DNA from: an uncultured Clostridia bacterium
Lineage (GTDB): Bacteria > Bacillota > Clostridia > Christensenellales > UBA3700
Assembly (NCBI GenBank): GCA_937880755.1
Contig: CALGRX010000020.1
Coordinates: forward strand, 149,645-213,644
DNA length: 64,000 nucleotides
Direction of reading: 5' to 3'
Shown here: in pieces, positions 26,297 to 35,619 of the stretch
How positions within the stretch are numbered: position 1 is the first letter of the stretch
Layout of the letters: each line of letters opens with the position of its first letter
Position numbers and translations under genes: made by a program
The notes under the pieces: model-generated
What the model was told of the DNA's origin: nothing
What the model saw: the letters and a program-made list of their open reading frames with translations, nothing else
The model's database searches: none

Positions 26297-27781
26297 TTAT
26301 TTCTTTACGTACTCCAAAACCACCTTTTCGATGTCGGATTTGTCGACTATCTCGGTAAATCTAACTTGCTTTTTGTCCAGATTGCTAAGTGGCTCGGGTA
26401 TCTCCTCTCCCGTAAAGCCGTAGAGCTTTTTGGAAGCCTTGAAAGCGTCCTCTATCTCGTCGCCCGTGAGGCTACGATATACGTCGCAAGGGAATTTATA
26501 CGCGTTGGCAGTGGATACGACTACGCTAGGTCTGTCGGCGCCCGTCTCCGCTACGTAAGAGTTATACACGCTCATTGCCACGCCCGTGTGGGTGTCCATA
26601 AGATAGTCGTAGAGGTCGTAGGTGCTGTCTATGGTGTCGGCAGTCTCCTCTTCGGTGGCGTATCCTACGGCAAAGACTTCGTTAAGTCGGCTAAGCTCCT
26701 CCGCCGTCACGCTATATTTGCCCTCGCTCTTGAGGCTAGCCATTCTCTCGGCAATGAGAGAGTCGTCCCTGCCCGAAAACTCAAAGAGCAATCTCTCTAA
26801 GTTGGAAGAAATGAGAATATCCATAGAAGGACTCATCGTCTTGATGAAAGGACGGTTGGTATCGTATTCTCCCGTGTTGAAAAAGTCGGTGAGCACGTTG
26901 TTGACGTTGCTGGCACATACGAGTTTGCCCACTCCTACACCCATAAGAGACGCGTAATAAGCTGCAAGGATATTGCCGAAGTTGCCACTCGGAACGACGA
27001 AGTTGACTTTGTCGCCCATCTCGATTTGACCACCCGACAAAAGATCGCAATAACTCGATACGTAGTAGGCAATTTGCGGTGCGAGACGCCCCCAATTGAT
27101 AGAGTTGGCGGAGGATAGTTTGTAGCCAGCGCTTGCGAGTTTGGACGCCATATCGGGGTCTGCAAAGATACGTTTGACCGCCGATTGCGCGTCGTCGAAG
27201 TTGCCCTCTATAGCGCATACGTAGACGTTGCTACCCTCTTGAGTCATCATCTGCAACTTTTGCATATCGCTGACGCCGTCGGACGGATAGAATACTATAA
27301 TATCCGTACCCTCAACGTCCTTGAAACCTTCGAGAGCAGCCTTGCCCGTATCGCCCGAAGTCGCTACGAGAATGAGAGTTTTGTCACTCTCTCCCACCTT
27401 CTTTCTTGCACCCGACAACAAGTGAGGCAACATGGTGAGAGCCATGTCCTTGAAGGCACACGTAGGTCCGTGCCACAATTCCAAAACGTAGAGGTTGTCG
27501 TCTACGTTGACGAGCGGACAAGGGTCGTCGCCGTAAAATCTGCCGTAGGCTTGGGTGGCGTAGTCAAGCAACTCTTGATAGCTAAAGTCTTCCAAAAATT
27601 TGGACAAGACGTAAGCCGACCTCTCGGGATAGCTCATCTCGACGAGCTTGTCGAAGTCGTACTTGGTTAGTTGAGGTATGCTCTCGGGTACGAACAAGCC
27701 ACCGTCCTCAGCCAATCCTTTGACGATTGCCTCTGCGGACGAGCACTTGAGCTGTTTGTTTCTAGTACTAATATATTGCAT
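26297..27781 (-). CDS. thrC: Threonine synthase
   Basis: PLP-enzyme motif (CAFKDMAL) and a long-form ThrC layout. I chose the start at MQYISTRN (ATG 27781), which is preceded by GGAG. Confidence 0.93.
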   Translation of the reverse strand: MQYISTRNKQLKCSSAEAIVKGLAEDGGLFVPESIPQLTKYDFDKLVEMSYPERSAYVLSKFLEDFSYQELLDYATQAYGRFYGDDPCPLVNVDDNLYVLELWHGPTCAFKDMALTMLPHLLSGARKKVGESDKTLILVATSGDTGKAALEGFKDVEGTDIIVFYPSDGVSDMQKLQMMTQEGSNVYVCAIEGNFDDAQSAVKRIFADPDMASKLASAGYKLSSANSINWGRLAPQIAYYVSSYCDLLSGGQIEMGDKVNFVVPSGNFGNILAAYYASLMGVGVGKLVCASNVNNVLTDFFNTGEYDTNRPFIKTMSPSMDILISSNLERLLFEFSGRDDSLIAERMASLKSEGKYSVTAEELSRLNEVFAVGYATEEETADTIDSTYDLYDYLMDTHTGVAMSVYNSYVAETGADRPSVVVSTANAYKFPCDVYRSLTGDEIEDAFKASKKLYGFTGEEIPEPLSNLDKKQVRFTEIVDKSDIEKVVLEYVKK

Positions 27782-27828
27782 AGATTTCTCCTTGATTTCT
27801 TTGATTATAAAATGTATGGAGGTAGATG

Positions 27829-28902
27829 TCAATCGTTCTCTACTTGCGACAACAGTTGATTTTGGTTGGCAAGTTGCAGCGCGTCTATCATCTCGAACAA
27901 GTCCCCGTCCATAAAGTCGAGCAAGTTGTACATTGTAAAGCCTATTCTATGGTCTGTAACGCGGTTTTGAGGGAAGTTGTAGGTCCTTATCTTTTCGCTT
28001 CTATCACCCGTACCTATCTGCGACTTGCGGTTGGCGGCGTATTCGCTGTCCGCCTTGCTTTGATAATATTCGTAAAGTCGGCTCTTGAGTACCGTCATTG
28101 CCCTTTCGCGGTTTTTGATTTGGCTACGCTCGTCTTGGCTGGTCACCACTATACCCGTAGGCAAGTGAGTTATACGCACTGCGCTATCCGTCTTGTTGAC
28201 GTGCTGTCCGCCCGCACCGCCACTACGGTAAGTGTCGATTTTGAGGTCCTTGTCGAGTATCTCTATATCGATATTCTCCACCTCGGGCAATACCGCAACC
28301 GTAACGGTGGAAGTATGAACCCTGCCTTGCGACTCAGTCTCGGGTACGCGTTGCACACGGTGTACTCCGCTCTCGAATTTGAGCTTGCTAAACGCGCCTA
28401 CGCCGCTTATCATAAAGGTCACTTCTTTTGCGCCGCCAAGCTCGGTGTAGTTCATATCAATCTCTTGGACTTTCCACCTCATACGCTCGGCGTAACGCAT
28501 ATACATACGCACGATTTGCGCACCGAACAAGCCTGCCTCTTCTCCGCCTGCACCCGCTCTGACTTCAATGATGACGTTTTTGTCGTCGTTGGGGTCAACG
28601 GGCAATAGCGCGATTTTGATTTCTCCGATTAGAGCCTCTTCGTCCTTGTTGGCTTGCGACAACTCTTCTTTGGCAAGCATCACCATATCTCTGTCGCTAC
28701 CGTCGTCGATAATCTCTTTGCATTCCTCTATCGTTGCCGTAAGGGCAAGATACTTCTTATACAATTCTACGGGACGCGTGAGGTCGCTATGCTCCTTGCA
28801 AAGCTTCTGCCACCTCGCTTGGTCGGCAATTATCGTCGGGTCGGAGATGAGTTGAGTGAGTTCTTCAAACCTCTCCAACATCTTTTTTAGTCTTTCAAAC
28901 AT
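27829..28902 (-). CDS. prfA: Peptide chain release factor 1
   Basis: 357 aa with the GGQ motif ([10 protein letters not shown]) and the PET tripeptide region ([10 protein letters not shown], at the RF1 PxT position). It overlaps the upstream prmC fusion by 16 nt. Confidence 0.97.
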   Translation of the reverse strand: MFERLKKMLERFEELTQLISDPTIIADQARWQKLCKEHSDLTRPVELYKKYLALTATIEECKEIIDDGSDRDMVMLAKEELSQANKDEEALIGEIKIALLPVDPNDDKNVIIEVRAGAGGEEAGLFGAQIVRMYMRYAERMRWKVQEIDMNYTELGGAKEVTFMISGVGAFSKLKFESGVHRVQRVPETESQGRVHTSTVTVAVLPEVENIDIEILDKDLKIDTYRSGGAGGQHVNKTDSAVRITHLPTGIVVTSQDERSQIKNRERAMTVLKSRLYEYYQSKADSEYAANRKSQIGTGDRSEKIRTYNFPQNRVTDHRIGFTMYNLLDFMDGDLFEMIDALQLANQNQLLSQVEND

Positions 28903-30698
28903 TTATCCACCTTTTTGCCGACGACTATGCGGTCGACTCCCTCTAAATCTTTGACGATATTGCAATCGTAGCCTTGCTCACTCATCATTGATGCCACTTG
29001 CTCTGCTTGTCCCATACCGCACTCTAAGCACAAGCTACCACCCTCAACGAGGTATTCGCTTGCGTTAGGGATTATCTTGCGATAGCAATCCAAGCCGTCT
29101 ACTCCGCCGTCCAGCGCAATACGTGGGTCGTAATCTCGCACGTTGACGTCAAGTAAGGCTATATCCCCCGTCTTGATATAAGGCGGATTGGATACTATCA
29201 CGTCAAACTTACCCTCAACCTTGTCCCAAAAGTCGCTCTCCACGAGCGTAACTTGTTCTTCTACGGCGTTGAGTTTGATATTTTCGCTCGCTACGGCTAG
29301 CGCCTTGTCGGATATATCCACGCCTACGACGCTCGCTCCGCTCTCCTTGGCTACGGCTATGGCAATGCAACCGCTTCCCGTACACATATCGAGTACTCTA
29401 CTGTCTGCGTTGGTAAGTTTGATAACTTGCTCGGCAAGATATTCCGTCTCGGGTCTTGGGCACAATACGTCCTCGTTGACGATAATATCGTATCCGTAAA
29501 AATTGGCTTTGCCGATTGCCTTCCATACCGGCATACCGCCTACGACTTGCTTGGCATATTCCATTGCCTTGGCAAGCTTGCTACTGCGAATATGCGTAAC
29601 GCTAGCTAGCTGTTCTCGACCAACGCCAAGCACCTCGCACATTATCCAATCGCCGTCGGCTCTATCGCAACCTGCCTTGTCTAACACCTCGTCAAGTTCC
29701 TGTCTTGCTTTCTTATAAGGCTTGTTGGTGTCGAAACTTTGAGTAGGTATAGTGTTGTCGGCGTCCATTGCCAGCACCGTCTTGAATGCCACGATAGCCA
29801 CCTCTAACATATCGTCGGTTGGCTCTTTGGTAGTGATTTTTTGCAGTAAAAGTCCCGGCAACTTGAAGAATCTTACCAATGCGTTGTCGTATTTGGCAAA
29901 GAGTTTTAGGAGCTCGTAACTAACGCCGGATACAACAGGCAAAAGCGCAAGTCTTATGGCAAATCTTACAAAAAGATTGTCGCCTTGCCAACCCGTAAGC
30001 GAGAATACGAATACGCTGACTATCATTACAATAAACATAAAAGTCGTACCGCATCTATCGTGAATACGGGTCATATTGCGCGCGTTGTCTACGGTGAGCT
30101 CCAAGTCGTGCTCGTAGCAACTAATTGTCTTGTGCTCGGCGCCGTGATACATATACGTCCTTTTGACGTCCTTCATCAGCGAAGTAAGCGCGATATAACC
30201 TACGAATAGCAATATCCTCACCAAGCCCTCTACAAAGTTGAATGCAATCTGCAGTCCGATGCTCGAGTTTTGCAAATCAATCTTGGCTAGGGCTACTATT
30301 CCGCTGGTGATGAGTTGTGGCAAAAAGAAAAACAAACCGATAGACAAAGCAAGTCCCATTATGACGGAAAACGCCATAACAAGGTTGTAAAAATTGATCT
30401 TCTTAGAGGCAAACCACTTCTCTACTTTGCCGGGTTCGGCTTCTCCTTCAAAGACTTCTCCCGAGCGCATGAGAGTGCCCATACCCTGTACCATAGTGTC
30501 GATAAAATTGAATATTCCTCTCAAAAAGGGAGTGCGGAACAAAAAATTTTTCTTAGACACGGGCGTGATATACTTGCTCTCTACTACGATATTGCCCTTT
30601 TCGTCTCTTACGGCGGTAGCCATACTCGACTTGCCACGCATCATAACGCCTTCGATGACCGCTTGACCGCCTATTGAGGTACACTTTTTTCTGCTCAT
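28887..30698 (-). CDS. prmC: Fusion protein: DUF1385 (YqhQ-like membrane domain) plus release-factor glutamine N5-methyltransferase PrmC
   Basis: 603 aa. The N-terminal ~330 aa ([19 protein letters not shown], several TM helices) are DUF1385-like. The C-terminal ~270 aa carry the SAM motif [12 protein letters not shown] and the NPPY motif (VSNPPYI). Confidence 0.85.
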   Translation of the reverse strand: MSRKKCTSIGGQAVIEGVMMRGKSSMATAVRDEKGNIVVESKYITPVSKKNFLFRTPFLRGIFNFIDTMVQGMGTLMRSGEVFEGEAEPGKVEKWFASKKINFYNLVMAFSVIMGLALSIGLFFFLPQLITSGIVALAKIDLQNSSIGLQIAFNFVEGLVRILLFVGYIALTSLMKDVKRTYMYHGAEHKTISCYEHDLELTVDNARNMTRIHDRCGTTFMFIVMIVSVFVFSLTGWQGDNLFVRFAIRLALLPVVSGVSYELLKLFAKYDNALVRFFKLPGLLLQKITTKEPTDDMLEVAIVAFKTVLAMDADNTIPTQSFDTNKPYKKARQELDEVLDKAGCDRADGDWIMCEVLGVGREQLASVTHIRSSKLAKAMEYAKQVVGGMPVWKAIGKANFYGYDIIVNEDVLCPRPETEYLAEQVIKLTNADSRVLDMCTGSGCIAIAVAKESGASVVGVDISDKALAVASENIKLNAVEEQVTLVESDFWDKVEGKFDVIVSNPPYIKTGDIALLDVNVRDYDPRIALDGGVDGLDCYRKIIPNASEYLVEGGSLCLECGMGQAEQVASMMSEQGYDCNIVKDLEGVDRIVVGKKVDKCLKD

Positions 30699-30715
30699 AC
30701 TTTCCTGTTAGTTAT

Positions 30716-30747
30716 TAAAAAAATAGTGCAAGATTGCTCTTGCACTA
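30716..30747 (-). terminator. Terminator/attenuator between rpmE and the DUF1385-prmC fusion
   Basis: On the minus strand: TAGTGCAAG-agcaat-CTTGCACTA followed by T7. Only about 18 nt separate it from the next ATG. Confidence 0.65.
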
Positions 30748-30756
30748 CGTCGGATA

Positions 30757-30960
30757 TTACAGATTGTAACGTTTCTTGAACTTATCCACTCTACCGCCCG
30801 TGTCTACAAGTTTTTGTTTTCCTGTATAATAAGGATGGCATTTGCTACAAACTTCTACCTTGATAACGTCCCCTTCTTTTGTCGAACCGCAAACGAACTT
30901 AGCGCCACATTGACATTCGATTGTAACATCATGATATGCAGGTTGAATCTTCTCGTTCAT
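30757..30960 (-). CDS. rpmE: 50S ribosomal protein L31 (zinc-binding type A)
   Basis: 67 aa with CxC ... CSKCHP cysteines and YTGKQK ... [10 protein letters not shown]. Confidence 0.95.
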   Translation of the reverse strand: MNEKIQPAYHDVTIECQCGAKFVCGSTKEGDVIKVEVCSKCHPYYTGKQKLVDTGGRVDKFKKRYNL

Positions 30961-30993
30961 AATATCACCTCACATTCCTATATTTCTTTTAGA

Positions 30994-31022
30994 ATTATAC
31001 ACAATAAGTATTTTTAAGTCAA
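30994..31022 (-). promoter_or_regulatory. Sigma-A-type promoter for rpmE
   Basis: On the minus strand: TTGACT, a 17-nt spacer, then TATAAT, about 35 nt upstream of the rpmE ATG. Confidence 0.5.
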
Positions 31023-31227
31023 GCATTATAATAAGTTTATTTATCAAAATTGTTGAAGATAATTTTTGGCTCAAATTCCAAATAACGCCACTATTAGCCG
31101 AGATTTGATAGATTTTTGAGTTAATAGAGGTTGTTTGGCAATTTTTAGCAAAATTATAAAGCTATCATTGCAAAAAAAACTTGCGATAAAAATTTTCGCT
31201 TTATATTTTTGTTTGAGCCACTTATGA

Positions 31228-31256
31228 TTGCTTTTTGATATTGGGTGTGCTATAAT
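31228..31256 (+). promoter_or_regulatory. Sigma-A-type promoter for the MDR dehydrogenase-like gene
   Basis: TTGCTT, a 17-nt spacer, then TATAAT. It lies inside the track ORF's N-terminal extension, which argues for the ATG at 31287. Confidence 0.5.
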
Positions 31257-31286
31257 CATAACCGCTTAACGTATTTGGGGGGATAT

Positions 31287-32252
31287 ATGATATCTTGGAA
31301 AATCAACTCGACACGCAATATCGAAGAGGTGGAATCGTCGGAAACGCTCGACAGCAAAGAATTTGCAAAAGTAAAGGTCACCCGTGCGGGCGTATGCGCC
31401 GGCGATATTGCGCTCTACAATAGCAATCCCGCTACCCCTCTCTCGCCTTGTCGTATCGCCGTTGGACTCATTAGCGAAAGCAACGACATTACTCTCAAAA
31501 AAGGTCAACGCGTTATGTTGTCGCCATACTCTAAGGGCGTCAACGACTCTATCAAAATTCACGGTCAAAATATTGACGGTTATCTCAGCGATTACTGCAA
31601 CGTCGCTCTTGGCGATATCTACACTATGCCCGAAGGTATGACCGACGAGGCTATCACTTTTATCGAAGACATTGCCCTCACTATCGCAATGCACGAGAAG
31701 CTAAATATCCAAAAAACTCAATACGTGTTGATATACGGCGCTAGCGCAATCAACCTAATCTTTGCTCAACTGTGCGTGTATTACCAAGCTATTCCTATCA
31801 TCGTCGACGACGACTCGGCTCGCTTAGAGATGGCAAGCGATATGGGAATTTATTATCAAATCGACCTGTCGCAAGAGGATTTGACGGACAAGCTCAAAGA
31901 GATTACTTCGGGCAAAATGGCTGACTATCTCGTCATCGATACCGACGCATTCGCCAGCGTTGGCAACGTGCTCTACAACCTAGCTCAAGACGGCAAAGTG
32001 GGACTGTACGGCTTCAATCCTTCGCTAGGCAACTTGCAAGGCGACTTTAGCCCTATCATCACCCGCAACCTCACCGTCTACGGCTTGGACAACGGTTACG
32101 GAGAATTGGAAACTGCCGTCAATATGCTTGCAACCGAGATTGTCAAAGTCGACAACCTCGTAGACAGCGTGGCTGACATCAGTCAAACCAAAGAATTGTT
32201 TGAGGAGCTGTCATCCAAGCCTATGTATTACAAGACGGTGATACGTTGCTAA
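31287..32252 (+). CDS. Medium-chain dehydrogenase/reductase (zinc-ADH-like) family protein, atypical
   Basis: 321 aa with GVCAGD in the position of GICGSD. The GHE zinc-ligand motif is replaced (RIAVGL) and the GxGxxG motif is degenerate (YGASAIN). Confidence 0.7.
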   Translation: MISWKINSTRNIEEVESSETLDSKEFAKVKVTRAGVCAGDIALYNSNPATPLSPCRIAVGLISESNDITLKKGQRVMLSPYSKGVNDSIKIHGQNIDGYLSDYCNVALGDIYTMPEGMTDEAITFIEDIALTIAMHEKLNIQKTQYVLIYGASAINLIFAQLCVYYQAIPIIVDDDSARLEMASDMGIYYQIDLSQEDLTDKLKEITSGKMADYLVIDTDAFASVGNVLYNLAQDGKVGLYGFNPSLGNLQGDFSPIITRNLTVYGLDNGYGELETAVNMLATEIVKVDNLVDSVADISQTKELFEELSSKPMYYKTVIRC

Positions 32253-33589
32253 ACCAACAAGGTGGCTAGTCCTGCAATATCCCCTGCCCCCAAAATCAAA
32301 ATTAAATCGTTTTTTTCTGCCGATTTCGTGATATAATCGGCTATTTTTTTGTCGTCGTCGATATAGCAAGCCATCTTGCCCCGCCGCACCAAAGCGCAAT
32401 ACAAGTCGAAAGCATCGGCTCCGTCGCTCTTGCTCTCTCTCGCCGAATAGGTAGGGGCGATAATTAGTTCGTCACACCAATAAAAACTGTCTACGAAGCC
32501 GTCGAGCAACACGGCGGTGCGAGAATAGGTATGTGGTTGGAATACCACCCAAATTTTGCCACGTGTCATCATCAACGCCGTGTCGATTGCCGTCTTGATT
32601 TCGGTAGGATGATGAGCGTAGTCGACGATTACCCTCGCTCCCCTCTCCGTCTTGCCCCTACATTCCATTCTTCTCTTGACCCCCTCAAAGTCGCTAAGAG
32701 CCTCACAAACGCTATCCAGAGAAAAACCTAGGTTGTGTAGAGTGGCTACGGCAAGCATACTGTTGACTACGTTGTGTCTGCCTACCACCGCAAGCTTGAC
32801 GACAACCGACTGAGAGCCGTGAACTAGCGTATATGAAAATTTGGCTCTATCTTGTTGTAGATTGCAAGCGTAATAATCGCACGTCGGCAAATAACCGCAA
32901 GTGACGAGGTTGCTACGCGAGGATAGCTTATCTATGCAATCTTGAGTGACGATACATCTTGTGCAACGCCTGCGATACTCTTCAAACGCATCGGCGTACT
33001 GTCCCTCGTCGCTATAAGTGTCGGGGTGGTCGTAGTCTATAGACGTGATGACCCCTAACCAGCTGTCAAAAGACAAAAAACTGCGACGATATTCGCAAGC
33101 TTCGCTCAAAAAATACTCGTTGCCCGTATAGACGGGCGAAGGCGTACCGTCCACCGCTTGCCCACCGATATGCGAGGCAAACTTGCACCCCAACTTACGC
33201 ATTACGTGCTCTATCATCAACGAGGTGGTGGTTTTGCCGTGACTGCCCGATATGCTGATAGTCTTGTCAAACCGACTTGCTATCAACGGCAAAAAGTCCT
33301 TCCTCTCTAGGCAAGGTACGGCTATCTTGCGGGCAAATACCAATTCTTGATCGTCAAGGTTTATTGCCGAGCTATATACCACTAGGTCGACATCTCGGAC
33401 TTTTGACGGGTCGTGACCAACCACGCAATCTACACCTCGCTCTCTCAAAAAGTCCATTTGAGCGCAATCTCTCAAGTCGCTTCCGCTCACGTCGAGTCCC
33501 ATATCCAAACACAGCGTCGCAAGCACGCTGAGGCTTGCTCCGCATACGCCGACAAAATGTATCTTGCTTATTTCGTCAAAAGTCAACAT
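32249..33589 (-). CDS. murC: UDP-N-acetylmuramate--L-alanine ligase
   Basis: 446 aa with a MurC-type N-terminal Rossmann fold (HFVGVCGASLS ... VSGSD) and the Mur ligase P-loop GSHGKTTT. Its stop overlaps the convergent dehydrogenase gene by 4 nt. Confidence 0.85.
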   Translation of the reverse strand: MLTFDEISKIHFVGVCGASLSVLATLCLDMGLDVSGSDLRDCAQMDFLRERGVDCVVGHDPSKVRDVDLVVYSSAINLDDQELVFARKIAVPCLERKDFLPLIASRFDKTISISGSHGKTTTSLMIEHVMRKLGCKFASHIGGQAVDGTPSPVYTGNEYFLSEACEYRRSFLSFDSWLGVITSIDYDHPDTYSDEGQYADAFEEYRRRCTRCIVTQDCIDKLSSRSNLVTCGYLPTCDYYACNLQQDRAKFSYTLVHGSQSVVVKLAVVGRHNVVNSMLAVATLHNLGFSLDSVCEALSDFEGVKRRMECRGKTERGARVIVDYAHHPTEIKTAIDTALMMTRGKIWVVFQPHTYSRTAVLLDGFVDSFYWCDELIIAPTYSARESKSDGADAFDLYCALVRRGKMACYIDDDKKIADYITKSAEKNDLILILGAGDIAGLATLLV

Positions 33590-33702
33590 ATTACAATATA
33601 TGCGCTCGCCACGCCTTATGTTCTCTTAGCAAAAATTTGGGTATGGACAAACGAAAAAAAAGGTAGTATAATTATATTATCCAAAATATGCGAGGTGAAA
33701 AT

Positions 33703-33981
33703 ATGAGAATAAGTGACGTTAGAGTAAGACTCATCAACAACAGCGACTCCAAACTCAAAGGCGTTGCCTCCGTGGTGATAGACGATTGTTTTGCCGTGCA
33801 CGACATCAAGATTATTATGGGCACGGAAGGAGTATTCGTGGCTATGCCTAGCAAAAAGACCCCCGACGGCGAGTTTAAGGACATAGTTCACCCTATCAAT
33901 AGCGAAACGAGGGCTATATTTACGGAAGCAATAATTGCCGCCTATAACGAAGAAACGGCAAAAGAAGGCAATCAAGACTAA
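33703..33981 (+). CDS. spoVG: Septation/sporulation regulator SpoVG
   Basis: MRISDVRVRLINNSDSKLKGVASVVIDDCFAVHDIKIIMGTEGVFVAMPS is a typical SpoVG sequence. RBS is GAGGTG. Confidence 0.93.
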   Translation: MRISDVRVRLINNSDSKLKGVASVVIDDCFAVHDIKIIMGTEGVFVAMPSKKTPDGEFKDIVHPINSETRAIFTEAIIAAYNEETAKEGNQD

Positions 33982-34001
33982 CTAATTATTTGCTTGCAAC
34001 G

Positions 34002-34030
34002 AAAAATCCACCTGTATTAGGTGGATTTTT
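34002..34030. terminator. Bidirectional terminator between spoVG and the FGGY kinase gene
   Basis: AAAATCCACC-tgtatta-GGTGGATTTT. Confidence 0.75.
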
Positions 34031-34057
34031 ACGATTATATTGTGATTAGTTTTGCTA

Positions 34058-35611
34058 TTATTTACACTTCTCTCCGAGTATGTCGTAGAGTTCGTCGTAC
34101 AACGGACGCATATAGCGATACATTCTTCTATACACTCTGTTGTAATATTCGTGATATATTTTGTGGTCCGCCGAGTTAGGAACGAACTCGTCTTTGACGT
34201 GGCGCATAGACTTGAGAGCATCTTCCAAGTCGTCAAACTCTTTGACACCGACAAAGCTTATCATAGCGGCACCCAGACCACTCGTTTCGTGAGTTTGCAC
34301 GCGGTAGACGGGTTTGCCTATCACGTCGCACAATATTTGGCAAATAACGTCGCTCTGCGAGCCACCACCCGACACGCCTACCCTATCGACTCGAATTTTG
34401 GCGCGCGTCTGCATATTGTTGAGACCGTCCAACAAGCCGTAGCACAATCCCTCGATAATGGCGCGATACATATATTCTCTATCGTGCACGTCGGTAAAGC
34501 CAATCATCGAGCCTTTGGCTTCCGGGTTTTTGAGCCCCGGTCCCCATAAAGGTTGCAAAATAAGTCCGTGCGAGCCGACGGGAACATTGGAGAGTTTTCT
34601 ATCCAATATTCTCTCCACCTTTTCGCCCGTCTCCTCGGCTTCTTTTTGTTCGTAGAGGGCAAACTGCTCTCTAAACCAACTTACCATCCAAAAGCCTCTA
34701 AATATTTGAATTTCGGGATTCCACTTGCCCATAACTACCGATGGATAGGCGGGCATAAACGCCTCGGGTTCGACGTATTTGTCGGTGCAAATCTCAACCG
34801 ACGAAGCCGTGCCTAGACTGATTGACGCTACGTTGGAGCTCACTGCTCCCACACCGAGAGATTCACATCCCTTGTCGGTGCCCGAAGCTACGACAGGAAG
34901 CCCTTGTTTGAGTCCCGTCTCCTTGCTACATTGCTCGGTTACGTATCCCAAAATTTCGCCCGGATTGACCAAATCGCACATCTTGTCAATCGGCGTGCCG
35001 AAAACGGGATAAGTCAAGCCGTGCTTGGTCTGCCAACAACGCTTTTTGTAATCAAAGGGGATTTTGCACGCAATACCCGCGTTGCTCTCGACGAGATTGC
35101 CCGTAAGACGAAAGTTGACGTAGGTGGACGGTACGACTACCTTAGCCGTCTTGGCCCAAATATCGGGTTGGTTGACTCTAACCCAATTGGTATAAGAGGT
35201 CTTGCGTGATACCCTTACGCCCTCGCTCATACCTACCAAAAAGTACAAAAATCTATTGAAAGCGGGAAGCGGGTCGGGACAATCTACCTCTCGCTTGTCC
35301 AGCCACAATATCGTGTTGCGGGAGGGATTGCCCTCGGCGTCCAAAAATACCGTGGTATTACGAATAGAGGTGACGCTGATGGCAACGACGTCGTCTAACA
35401 GCTCAGGCGCGTCCTTCCTAATTTGCTCACAAACCTCGACTACGCCGTCGTAGAGACTAAGCGTGTCCTTCTCGGCTCTGCCGTCCTCACCTAGCACGAA
35501 AAAGTCTTCGCACACTTGCGACTTATGTACGAGATTTCCTTGTTTGTCAAATAGCAATCCTCTGGTTGATTGAGTGCCTATATCAAATATCAATGCCAAC
35601 GGTCTATTCAT
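34058..35611 (-). CDS. FGGY-family carbohydrate kinase
   Basis: 517 aa with the N-terminal FDIGTQSTRG motif and the C-terminal GGGSQS motif. Confidence 0.85.
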   Translation of the reverse strand: MNRPLALIFDIGTQSTRGLLFDKQGNLVHKSQVCEDFFVLGEDGRAEKDTLSLYDGVVEVCEQIRKDAPELLDDVVAISVTSIRNTTVFLDAEGNPSRNTILWLDKREVDCPDPLPAFNRFLYFLVGMSEGVRVSRKTSYTNWVRVNQPDIWAKTAKVVVPSTYVNFRLTGNLVESNAGIACKIPFDYKKRCWQTKHGLTYPVFGTPIDKMCDLVNPGEILGYVTEQCSKETGLKQGLPVVASGTDKGCESLGVGAVSSNVASISLGTASSVEICTDKYVEPEAFMPAYPSVVMGKWNPEIQIFRGFWMVSWFREQFALYEQKEAEETGEKVERILDRKLSNVPVGSHGLILQPLWGPGLKNPEAKGSMIGFTDVHDREYMYRAIIEGLCYGLLDGLNNMQTRAKIRVDRVGVSGGGSQSDVICQILCDVIGKPVYRVQTHETSGLGAAMISFVGVKEFDDLEDALKSMRHVKDEFVPNSADHKIYHEYYNRVYRRMYRYMRPLYDELYDILGEKCK

Positions 35612-35619
35612 TTTTCCTC

